From the NCBI RefSeq assembly GCF_006345805.1, contig NC_043003.1, forward strand, positions 3,906,001 through 3,970,000: DNA of 64,000 nt. Reading direction: 5' to 3'. Positions 24,391 through 36,280 of the stretch are shown piece after piece. Both the position numbers and the translations under genes were made by a program. Source of the DNA: Octopus sinensis (taxonomy: Eukaryota). The notes under the pieces are model-generated. The model saw nothing but the letters and a program-made list of their open reading frames with translations. It did no database searches and was not told where the DNA came from. How positions within the stretch are numbered: position 1 is the first letter of the stretch; every line of letters begins with the position of its first letter.

Positions 24391-25019
24391 ATAGGCATGG
24401 TCAAGGTGAATTTCAGTTTGGGGTGAGGTGAAAGAAACTGGAGGAGGAAGAGGTGATAGGTGGCCCTACTAAAAGGCTGGGGTGGTGGTGGAGAGCAATA
24501 GTATAATAAAACCATAGTGAGATGAGAAGTAGGGGAAATGTGTTAAATTTGGGGAAAGGGTGAGAAATGGATGCACAGTAAAAGGGATGGAGTTGAGAGG
24601 AATGCAGGAGTGGAAATAGTGGCAAAGGTGGAGGGATCGCTTGATAGCAGTTATGAGAGGTTGCTGAGCGAAGAATAAGGTAGGAAAAGATGATGTTAAG
24701 AATGCGGGATGGATGACAAAAGGAAGTGGCTCCAAGGAGAAGTATAAATGGTTCCACAAAGAAAGAGTGAAATGCATGCAGTTCTGTTCTTACACAAGTA
24801 CAGCAGCTGAATGAACTGAGCCATAGTTAGAAGAATGATGGGAGGATAGGTGTTAAGAAGATGAGGTATGAGGAAGGCTTGACAAAGATTGAGTAGAGGG
24901 GCATAGGCATAAATGGATATGCTTTTAGGGCCTTATTATTTGCTGAAGTAGACAGGTTGTTTTGAGCAGTGAATTGCCAACCGTCTTGATACTTTGTCAA
25001 CATCCTGAGGTTGGTCTTC

Positions 25020-25310
25020 ATCACTTTGTTTCACTTTCCCTGGCTTTCCATCTTCCACACTTTTTGTCCACATTCAGATCAGCTGCCACCTTATATACAA
25101 CATGACCGTGCCAGTACAGCTTTCTCTCTTGCATATTACACCTGATTCCTCTAATTGCTCTCTTAACATATTTGCACGTCTTTATACATGCACACTGATG
25201 TTGCATATCTAGTGGGGCATACTAGTGTCATTCCTTTCTAGTCTTTGCAAGTTCTCTGCATTCACATGTCACTAACATGTGGCATTATTCTGATAATTCA
25301 ACATTATATT
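25020..25310 (-). mobile_element. Old RTE ORF2 C-terminal remnant
   Basis: GIRCNMQERKLYWHGHVV...KKCGRWKARE resembles SISCGVQERRLRWYGHVA...GTCGRGRPRK of the RTE at 47700-48164. Confidence 0.6.
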
Positions 25311-25978
25311 TAACACTCACCCCTCTTCAGAAGATGGAGTGAGTGTTCATACAATATAATCCTATTTTATTTTCATTTGTGAATGTATATGTAAAAATGA
25401 TGCACAATACTACACCTACTGTGCACCAAACCCCAGAAACAGCTGTAAAGGTTTACATGTATTCTACTCTCTCTTATTTCTGAAGTTTGAGTATAAACTC
25501 TCAGGATATATACCTATCCATGAAGAATTACTATGACCTCTTGCTTTCCTCTTTTTCAGCTTAATTATATCTTTATATTTTTATACTCACCTTTGTATAA
25601 CTATTTTTAAAAAATGTTTTGATGCCATTGATGACTGCTTCTCTGTTTGTTACTTTATTATACTTTCATTACTCTGACCGGTACATTGCCTGTATCCAAC
25701 CCTTGTTTGCCTCGATTCTGTATCCTTTTTGTTTTCACTTTGGATTTTGAATACCTGGTCCAGTCTGAATAATTAGAGTCTCTATTTATTATACACCTTT
25801 TTTGATGTATCCACTCATCTGTCTTCACAAACCATATTTTCTTCCTCTCTCCAACTTATGGTAAGTAATTTTTTGACCAAGTGAGCTACCAATGTACTCT
25901 TCCCCTGATTCTCCATTCCTTCCTCCGTTTGCTCTCCTTTAGACTTTCTGCTACTCACTGACAAAGAGCTATGCTTAA

Positions 25979-26200
25979 CTCTTTCGTTACCAACACAGCT
26001 GAAACTGCCTCTGGCTCTGGAGTACAAATGTCTTGTTTTCATAAGTTTTGAATTAAAATCTTCCACCAAACCTGAGTCACAATTTATGTTCCTCACACTA
26101 GCTGAATGATAACTAAGTTTTTTTACTAAATTCTTTGTTATATTTAAAACTAATCGAAAGAAACACAGAGCATCTCATCAGAAATATGGTTACGAAAGGG
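25979..26200 (-). mobile_element. piggyBac-type MITE
   Basis: TTAA flanks, TIR CTCTTTCGTTACC...GGTTACGAAAGGG; reverse complement of 32805-33028. Confidence 0.8.
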
Positions 26201-26431
26201 TTAAAGCATATTTTTACTTTAAATTTTCCATCTAAAACATTCACCAAGCATCAAACTAATATATTCACGGTGTATGTCCATTTGACTTCTATTGTTTTTG
26301 CTCTTGAATTTGCTGTTCACCACTGATTTGCCTGAGTATTGGAAATCCAAGCTTTTCAGGTATAACATATTAAAGAATACTCTACATTTATATTGAGTCC
26401 TGTAATTTATCATTTCTAGTGAATCACAGAG

Positions 26432-26497
<66 letters not shown>

Positions 26498-26584
26498 AGA
26501 GTTTATGAAAAAAAACAAAAAACAAAGACAGGTGGTGTACAAAACAAACAGATGTATTAGTATAACGCTCAGGAATAGAAAAAG

Positions 26585-26622
26585 TATTTTATGTTTCGAG
26601 CCTACGCTCTTCTACAGAAATA
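26585..26622 (-). ncRNA. Variant minimal hammerhead motif
   Basis: Minus strand UAUUU-CUGUAGA-A-GAGC(GUAG)GCUC-GAAA-CA-UA-AAAUA; same family as 56685-56722. Confidence 0.6.
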
Positions 26623-28079
26623 AGAACACAAGTGGGGTTCAAAACTCACAACAGCTGTTTCGGTAGCATTTTATTGATGCATTCTTAGATTACATAATGG
26701 CAAAAATCCACCATCACCAGGTAATTTTCAACACATAAACAAGCGAGGTAGAAGCAGAAGATGACCACTTCACCAACTACCTTGGTGAAACAAGTGATAT
26801 TTTGAGAAAATATAACAGAATTCATAGAGCAAGTAAAACAGATATAAAGGGGTAATTTGGTCAAATCCACCCTATTTTTCAAGTTGTTACAGTTGAGTAG
26901 GGAGCAAGTATGGTTGTGTAAATGAAAAAAATAACTATATATATATATATATAAGTTCAGCAAAATTTAGATTCAGATGACTATGGTACTTAAGTTAAAG
27001 GCACCAGAATTTTGTATGGTATTATCCATATAAATCAAATGGGGTGATTATAATTAAAATAAGCAACAAGTATATCCAAAGTAGAGTAGTACAATTGTTT
27101 CATGCTGCTTCATTTTATTAAACACTAAGTATTACATCAGTAATGCTCAACATTTTAAAACTGATGTAATACTTACAGTGTTTAATAAAATCAAGTAGCA
27201 TAAAACAATTGTACTACACTACCTTGTATATCCTTGTTGCTTATTTTGATTATTTATATGGCTATGTCATTAAGAAGTTTGCTTCACAACCACGTGGTGT
27301 GGTTTCTGGTTCAATCTCATTGCACAGCACTCTGGGCTGTTGACTTCTATTGTATCCCAGTGCCAACCAATGGAGGGCCTTTAGGTATATACCTGGAGAT
27401 GGTGAAAGTGCAAGGGAAATAAGGATGAAGGTAAAAGGGGTGGAGTATTGGAGGGAGAGTTGACTAGGTCCCATGGCACCCCTCCCCCAGTTATACTGGA
27501 AGCAATGTGTGGTGAGGCAAAGAGATCCGTTGTTATCTTTAATCTCATCAGCTGCATAGAACAGTGAGATGAAGATGGCAGGGAGAGGAGAGAGTGAAGA
27601 CGATAGAGTCATGGGCGATAGACAGGAGAGTGATGGAGGGGTGTTTGAGAGGAAAGCTATACACTTGCATATGTGCTTACATATTCATACATACATATAC
27701 CTAATGGTGTACACTTATACACAATTAAATGCATACATGCATATACATGTATGCATACACAAATTTTAACATTTGTTTCACCATTCCTGGGCCGGAGAGT
27801 GGGTTGCTGGGGCACAGTGTCACCAACCATTGTGGCTCTTTGTCATCTCCCCCATGAATTGCAACAGCTTACATGTGTATACACAACATGGGTTCCTTGC
27901 TCAACATGTTCTTGCTTAGGTCTACATGGGATACTTTCTATGTCTCTTTGATATTCTCTCATCTTTTCTATCAGTCGCCTTTGTATCACTCATCTCTATC
28001 AACCTCTACTTTACCATTCATCTCTCTATCCTGATTACTTTCACTCCTAACATCTCCATGGTAACGGAGTCAACCCCCA

Positions 28080-29280
28080 AGAATAATGTCTTCCATCACC
28101 TTCAATATTTCTCTCTTCCTCATTGATCATCACTAAAGCTTCCACAGAAGCCACTGGAGATCTTCTCTCTCATCTCCGTCACCGGTGGGCTTTTGCTTCA
28201 GAGAAGCTCAGCAGAAGCTGTATTCTTACTCTAAGCATCAGCAAACCCTTCATCCTTGTCTGGCCTGCAAATTTCCACCCAAATTTCCCATTCATGAGCT
28301 CCACCCGTCTTTAATACCTTGGACTGGTAGCTTCACCGCTGCAACATGTTGTTGGACCTCTTTCCACCCGACACTTGGTTAACTCTACTGATCAACAGGG
28401 TTTGTTTCTGTCCTCTACTCTTTACCTTCCATACATCAATAACCTATTTGCTGCCACACCCAACAACATCCGCTTTAATGCAGATGACATGACTGGGGTC
28501 ATTCCTCCCTAACCTTCCCCACACATACACCATCAACAAGAAATCTAGACACCATGTGCCAGACCTGCATCACTTCCAATAAATGGAGACCATAAGCACA
28601 TCTTTTTGAGGGGTCACTCCAACCTTGTCTCTTTTAACAGCAAAAAGGAAGAAGAGACTCCAGTTCTCCTCATATCATGAAAACACAATTGCACGTGCCC
28701 TCCCTAAACATGAATAGCACTCAGCTAAAACCCTCAAAGTCATGCTGAATGCGGGACCTCACTTTCGTTGAGTATCTCTCTCAGTTAAAACACATCCTTA
28801 CCTATGTAGGACCACATGCCAAAGATTAGGCTGTCTCTTTGGGATTAGAGAATAATTCAATCCCCTACAATTGGTGACAATCTACAAGGCTGAAGTGAGG
28901 GCCACATTAATGTAGTGTTCCCACATTTGGGACAGTACTGCTGCTGCTGTTATGCACTCAAACATTCTTTGAGGCATGTAGGGAAGGGCCTCTCAACGGA
29001 TTGGCATTCAGTCATTAACAGACTCTAAGCCACAGGTGTCTGCTCTCTCTCTCTTTTCTACTGCCCCTACAACAGCCCCTCCTCCTTGAAGCTAATTAGT
29101 CTTGTATCTCTATCACTTGAGTGTCCCCTTCTCACTCATATCTCTGCTTCTCAGTACCCATGTCCAGTCTTTCTTGGCATGTCATCCCTCTAGAATCGTT
29201 TTTTCTACTTATGTCTTTCCTGCAGGTAATAAAGTGCAACTAGTTTAAACAGAACATTAACGGGATCAAGCTCCCTAATC
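28080..29280 (+). pseudogene. Heavily decayed LINE reverse transcriptase (CR1/L2/Jockey group)
   Basis: Remnants ISKPFILVW (cf. DISKAFDRVW) and YINNLFAATPNNIRFNADD (cf. YINDL...YADD) across frameshifts. Confidence 0.7.
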
Positions 29281-29667
29281 TCAAAGAATCAACAAGTAAA
29301 AAAAAAAGAAACCTCACCTTCTTTATTCTTTACTCTTTCTCCACTGCCAGTCATCACTCATCCTCTCCCACTGGGCCATCTGTTATTAACAACCTACATT
29401 CCCTTTTACTATTGTGCACCTCTATTATGACCCGTCACAACCCCTCTCTTCCCATGCCCTCACTCTTAGACCCTTCATCCACCCATCCTGGCCCTTTTAC
29501 TCTCCCTCTCCTCTGCCTTCTCACTTATATGAGGATTCTCTGGTCTTGGGAGGTGCAAGGTTACCTCTTTAGGGTCAGTGCTATGACAAAATATACCTAT
29601 CAATCTATCTATCAATGTATCTGTATGTCTGTCAGTCTACCTTTCTATTATCTCCATCCATCCATCC

Positions 29668-29720
<53 letters not shown>

Positions 29721-30186
29721 CCTTTCTGTCTATCTGTCTCTCTAATCCATCCATCCATCTGTCTGTCTATTTGTCTGCTTGCCTGTCTGTCTATCTGTCT
29801 ATCTATCGATCGATCTATCTATCTGTCTGTCTATCGATCTGTCTGTCTGTCTATTTACCTACCTATCTACTTCCATACCAATAAACCTTTTATATATTCT
29901 TAATCTCTTAATCCATAAACCTTCAAAACTTTTATATCCTCAAATCTACCACCAAAACAAACCTCCTCCTCCTACTCTTCTGCCTTTTTATTGTAGTTTA
30001 TCTTGTTTTATTTGTTCAATTTCTTTCACCCCCCTCTCCTTTACCTTCTTAACCTCTTCTGCTAATGGTGTCGCACTCTTTCCTTACTATACTCTAACCA
30101 TGTTGCCTCACATTAACTAAAATTATTGTTGAGTGATCCTTCATTTAATGCTTGATACTTTTTGATAATATATAACTGTACAGAAA

Positions 30187-30230
<44 letters not shown>

Positions 30231-30541
30231 TGAGAAAGTTGGTGTGTGAAAGCACGTGGTTGGATATATAGAAAATAGAAAAGAGTGAAAAAACTACAGA
30301 AGACTTGTGTTATAAGTTTAAAGAATATATTTAAGTCGTTATGTTAGAAGAATGTAGGTAAAGACATTTGAGAAATTTGAAAAGTTTACACAAAACCGGT
30401 TATTTCTCCAAAAACTATGTTACTATAATCAAAATTTTATAACATTCTTCTAACGTAACGACTTAAATATATTCTTTAACCTTAAAAAACAAGCCTTCTG
30501 TAGTTTTTTCACTCTTTTCTATTTTCTATATATATATTATA

Positions 30542-30982
30542 GGCGCAGGAGTGGTGTGTGGTAAGTAGCTTGTAACAAACCACATGGTTCCGGGTTCAGT
30601 CCCACTGCGTGGCACTTGGGCAAGTGTCTTCTACTATAGCCTCGGGCCGACCAAAGCCTTGTGAGTGGATTTGGTAGACGGAAACTGAAAGAAGCCTGTC
30701 GTATATATGTATATGTATGTATGTGTGTATATGTATGTATGTGTGTATATGTATGTATGTGTGTGTGTGTTTGTGTGTCTGTGTTTGTCCCCCTAGCATT
30801 GCTTGACAACCGATGCTGGTGTGTTTATGTCCCCGTCACTTAGCGGTTCGGCAAAAAGAGACCGATAGAATAAGTACTGGGCTTACAAAGAATAAGTCCC
30901 GGGGTCGATTTGCTCGACTAAAGGCGGTGCTCCAGCATGGCCGCAGTCAAAATGACTGAAACAAGTAAAGAAGAGTAAAGAG
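30542..30982 (+). mobile_element. SINE family B, full length
   Basis: GGCGCAGGAGTGG...GGTTCCGGGTTCAGTCCC head, central microsatellite, tail ACAAGTAAAGAAGAGTAAAGAG. Confidence 0.92.
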
Positions 30983-31291
30983 AATATATATATTTATAAA
31001 TCAGGATAATTTCGATATTTAAATATCGATATTATCAAGTGGCCAGCATGGGAATAAATACCATACAAAGGTAATAATTATTGAAAACTATAAATAAGGG
31101 TATCTGAGAGATACCACCATGCCGAAATAGCAGTCAAGACCCCGACTTCAAAAATCACCTTAAATGTTCATATCGTGCCATGAGATAAGACGGAGAGACA
31201 AAATAAACTAGCAAAAAAGATTTTACTGGATAATTCAAGACCCTCCAGGATTTCGGCATGGTGGTATCTCTCAGATACCCTTATTTATAGT

Positions 31292-31325
<34 letters not shown>

Positions 31326-31496
31326 TAAACCATAGGATTTATTATATAGATTTGTTAGCTAATATATATGCAGACATGGCTGTGTGGTAAGTAGCTTGCT
31401 TCCCAACCCCATGTGTTCAGGTTCAGTACCACTGTGTGGCACCTTGAGCAAATCTTTGTAAGTGGATTTGAAAGACGGAAACTGAGAGAAGCCCGT

Positions 31497-31532
<36 letters not shown>

Positions 31533-31853
31533 GAAGGGTGAAATTAATTAATTTGGAATAATTATCAATTACACCAAGTAGTCTTCGGCATGTAAAAGCC
31601 TCATTTGAGGAAAATTTAAGTAATACTAAGCAATAAGGGTTTAGCAACGAATTGCCTTACCACATACCGAATTTAGAAATAGCAGTCCAAGGGTTATAGC
31701 TATTTCTTCTACTAAAAAGGAGATCTCAGTAAAAAACCGATTGCGTTTTTTACTGAGATCTCCCTTTTTAGTAGAAGAAATAGCTATAACCTTGACTGCT
31801 ATTTCTAAATTCGGTATGTGGTAAGGCAATTCGTTGCTAAACCTTATTGCTTA

Positions 31854-31898
<45 letters not shown>

Positions 31899-32804
31899 GT
31901 ATGTATGTATGTATATATATATGTATGTATATGTGTGTCTTGTTTTGCCCCCCCCCCCCCCCACCACACCACCGTCACTTGACAGCTGATTCTGGTGTGT
32001 TTATGTCCCCATAACTTGGTGACTCGGCGAGCGATAGAATAAGTCCTGGAGTCGATTTGTTGAATTGAAGGCAGTGCTCCAGCATGACCACAGTCAAATG
32101 ACTGAAACAAGTAAAAGAATATATATATACATACATACATACACACACACTTTTCTTTTGTGGTGGTCACTTTTCTATGGAGGTAATCTTTGTCTTCCAG
32201 TGTTGGTAATTTATTCCTTAACTATGAAGAATTTTTGTTATATGTGACTTCCTGTCTTTCATGCAACGGCATTGCTGCTATTTCTAGCAGGTTAAATTAC
32301 CACATAAAGGCTGTCATCTTGTGTGGTAGTTGGCCCCAGATTTTGGTGGCACACACCTCAGGGAGAGGGGTGGGAAACTCCCCCCCCTCATATCTACATA
32401 GAATAATTCTCACTTGGCATTTCCATTTCCTAACCTTGTCTGATAAGTTCTTTGAAAGGTTACGTAGCGGAAGTCAATGTCAGTGCTACCATGGTAAACC
32501 GTGTGACCCAGTTTCAATTCTTGATTGTAGTTAATGGAATTCTCTTGTATCATTGGTATGGCATTAACATCACCACAACACTTGTCATTGTGAGGTGACA
32601 GAGCAAATTAGACACCCATTGATGGATGCTTCGAATGACTAGGCTTCAAGAAAGAAACTAAGTCTAGTTTTTAATGAGTTTATATTTTGGTGTAGAATCG
32701 CTTGAGACGGTTCCTGTTCTCTGTTACAGACTTCCTGTTTTACAAACTTCCTGAATTAAAACCTTTCATCAAAACTTCATGTTAAAGTTCCAAACCCAAC
32801 TTAA

Positions 32805-33028
32805 CCCTTTCTTTACCATATTTCTGTTGAGATGCTCTGGGTTTCTTTCAATTACTTTAAATATAACAAAAAGGATTTAGTAAAATAACTTGGTTATCAT
32901 TAAGCTAGTGTATGGAACATAAATTGTGACTAAGGTTTGGTGGAGGATTTTAAATTCAAAAGTTATGAAAACAAGACATTTGTACTACAGAGCCAGAGGC
33001 GGTTTCAGCTGGGTTGGTAACGAAAGGG
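32805..33028 (+). mobile_element. piggyBac-type MITE
   Basis: TTAA|CCCTTTCTTTACC...GGTAACGAAAGGG|TTAA. Confidence 0.85.
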
Positions 33029-33059
33029 TTAAGAATTGTTTCTCTATTATATATTTTAA

Positions 33060-33284
33060 CCCTTTTGTAACCATATTTCTGTTGAGATGCTCTGAGGAGT
33101 TTCTTTCAAGTAATTTTAAATATAACAAAGAATTTAGTAAAATAACTTAGCTATAATTAAGCTAGTGTTATGAATATAAATTGTGACTAAGGTTTGGTGG
33201 AAGATTTTAATTCAAAATTTTTGAAAACAAGGCATTTGTAATACAGAACCAGAACCGGTTTCAGCTGAGTTGCTGTCAAAAGGT
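33060..33284 (+). mobile_element. piggyBac-type MITE, second tandem copy
   Basis: TTAA|CCCTTTTGTAACC start, body collinear with 32805-33028, degraded right TIR; older relatives at about 32750-32800 and 33290-33540. Confidence 0.75.
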
Positions 33285-35135
33285 TTTACGGATGACTGTT
33301 ATTCTACTAAATTCTTCCTTATTTTCAAAATGGAAAGAAAGTGTATTTCACAAGAAATCTGATAACAAAAGAATCAAAGTGATCAAAATTCAAACCTTCC
33401 ATCAAATTTTCATCTTAATTTATATTTCCAAATGCCAGCTTAATAACGACAAAGTTATTTTATAAATTCATCATAATTTTCAAAATTAATTGATTCAAAG
33501 GCACTGTATTTCCACTGAAATATGGTAAGGAAAGGGTAAAATGTTTCCAATGGTGTCTCCTTAAATTTTGATATCTTTTGTGGGGTCTTGTTATTCTTGT
33601 ATATTTTCCATTTTATGCAAATCTCTCAAAAGTGAAGACTTTTGTCTTTGCGACCCTGTCACTGTTGTGTCTCCCTGGCAGGGAATCTGCTGGTGTTATC
33701 TGAAGGCATTATAAAGAAAACTGTTGAATTTCTCACAGTTTACAAGGACTGAAGTGGCTGGTGCTTCTTTACCTGGTTTTTCAGAGACCAAACCAGATAT
33801 CAGGCTTATTTGAGGGCCTAACATTGAGCTGTGTGGTTACGAAGTTTGCTTCCCAACTACGTGGTTTTGTTTTCAGTCCCGCTATGCAGCACCTTTGGCA
33901 AGTGAATGGATTTGATACACAGAAACTAAAAGAAGCCTGCTTGAGGCATCATCGTCATCGTCATCATCATTTAATGTCTGTTTTTCCCTTCTGACTTGGT
34001 TTGGACAGTTTGACAGGCACTGACAAGCCAGAGGACTGTGCCTAGTTCCAGACTCTTCTTTGGCATGGTTTCAACAGTTGGATGCCCTTCCTAATGCCAA
34101 CCACTACAGAGTGGACTGGGTGCTTTCTATGTGGTACCTGCACCAGTGAAGTTACCAAGTAACTTATAAGACAAGACTCCATTCAACTGAGAGAGGGAAC
34201 GGTATTGAGGGAGGAGGTGGTTTAATGCCTGGTGATGAGAGGTTTAAGTCTGATAGAGGGGACAGGGATAGATGTCTTGCTGTCAAGGGGATACATGGTT
34301 ATCCTAATTGGCAAAGGAGGGAAGAAGGTTGGGAAGATGTGTCAGTGTGTAACCTCAAGTTAGAGGAAGATGAATATGAGAGATGTAGTCCAGAGGATAG
34401 TCCAGAGGAAGTAGCACAGGAGACGGGAAGTAGGGAGGTGTAAGAGAGATAAGTTCAGATGTGCATAGGGGCTGAAGTAGTGGAAGATAAACATAAGTAG
34501 TTGGGGTCAGTTGGCAGAATGAGAAGTTGTGAGGGAAAAGGTTTGTCTGGTAGGAATTGAAGCAGTAACAGATCATCATCATCATTTAACGTCCATTTTC
34601 CGTGCTAGCATGGGTTTGACGGTTTGACTGGGGTCTGGGAAGCCAGGGGCTGCACCAGGCTCCAGTCTGATCTGGCAGTGTTTCTACAGCCGGATGCCCT
34701 TCCTAACGCCAACCACTCGGGTGATAATGAGAATACAAGAGATAAAATAAGTGATTCCAAATGGGATGAATAGCAGCTTCAAAGAGTGGCAGATGAAATA
34801 TGTGCAGTTCCGCTCTCGTTTATTTACAGCAGCTGTGTGGAGGGGTGGGTGTTAGGAAGATGAGGTGTGTGTGTGGGGGGTTTCCGTGTCTTGACACTAT
34901 GCCTTTGTTGTGTCACCAACTTACAAATGGTATCCTCTTATTTCCAGTCTTCTGTGGAAATATATTTGGCCATAGGTAAACAAGTGAGGGTTGCCAACCC
35001 TCACCTGTTTGGAAACAGGTAAAGGTTGGCAGCTGGAAGGCACCCAGCTGGAGACAGTTTACCTCAGAGAATTCCATCTGGTCCCTGCATGCTTGAGAAA
35101 ATGGCCATAAAACAGTGATGGTGATGATACATATA

Positions 35136-35673
35136 CGAGGGTGAGTCAAAAAGTAATGCCATTTTGTTTAGGACAAGTATAATTACCAACACAGGAACAT
35201 GTATCATACATCAAAATGAAGCTGGTCCTCTGTGCATCACATCCCTACTACTCAACGTAGTCACCGTTTCTCTCAATGGCAACGTTCCACCTTCGAATGA
35301 GAGCATGTATCCCTGCCCCGTAAAATTCTGTTGACTGTTCTTTGAGCCCCTTCTTCACTACCTCCACACTCACCAGATTTAGCGCCTTCAGACTATCATC
35401 TCTTCAGCACCATGAAAGAGGGTTTGAGAGGCAAACGTTATTCCAGTGACAAGGAAGTGAAAACTGTAGTGAAGAAGTGGCTCAAAGAACAGTCAACAAA
35501 ATTTTACGGGTCAGGGATACATGCTCTCATTTGAAGGTGGAACATTGCTATTGAGAGAAACGGTGACTATGTTGAGAAGTAGGGATGTGATCCACAGAAG
35601 ACCAGCTTCATTTTGATGTGTTGGTAATTATACTTGTCCTAAACAAAATGGCATTACTTTTGACTCACCCTCG
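35136..35673. mobile_element. mariner-derived fold-back MITE built from two inverted 3' ends
   Basis: TA|CGAGGGTGAGTCAAAAAGTAATGCC...GGCATTACTTTTGACTCACCCTCG; right arm reads SPDLAPSDYHLFSTMKEGLRGKRY...NGDYVEK (mariner SPDLAPSD motif) and the left arm is its reverse complement. Confidence 0.9.
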
Positions 35674-35676
35674 TTA

Positions 35677-36236
35677 CAAAGTCCGATCATAAAGTATCAG
35701 GATCGTTGCTATGGTAACAGAACTAAAGTCTGCAGAATGAAACCATTTGGCACAGATTCACCTTGAACTTTGTCACACTTGCACACTAAGTTATACCGTT
35801 CTCACTCGCTTCCATCGTTTATAGCAGTTCTTGGAAATTTGCTGTGTAGAGTGTGGTCGTCTGAAAAAGATTGAGGTTCAGCTGTGCAGGATCTCCTTAA
35901 TTGTGTCAAGGAAGATGGAAATTTCCGGTAATGGTCATAACAGGTGATGAATCATGGGTCGATGGCTAAGAACCAGGAACCAAGGCTTAGCAGCCTTCCA
36001 GTGGAAAAACCCAACAAGATTTCAAGATATCAATGAAATCCCAGAAAATGCAACAAGGAAGCTGTTCAGTATTCCAAGAAAGGAATTCCAGGAATGTTTC
36101 CATCTATGGAAACGATGATGGGTAAAAAGCATGGCTTCAGAAAGGGACTACTTTGAAGAAGATCAAATGCCAAATTGATTTGTGGTGTTGCTTTCTTTTT
36201 ATAGCACCAGTGTCACTGCTTTTTGGTCAAGCCCTG
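35677..36236 (+). mobile_element. Internally deleted mariner element
   Basis: VITGDESWV (first D motif) and RFQDINEI..EFQECFHLWKR..SERDYFEED (mariner C-terminus); TA-bounded degraded TIRs. Confidence 0.75.
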
Positions 36237-36280
36237 TATGCTTGTGTCTATATGTGTATATATATGTGTATATATATATA

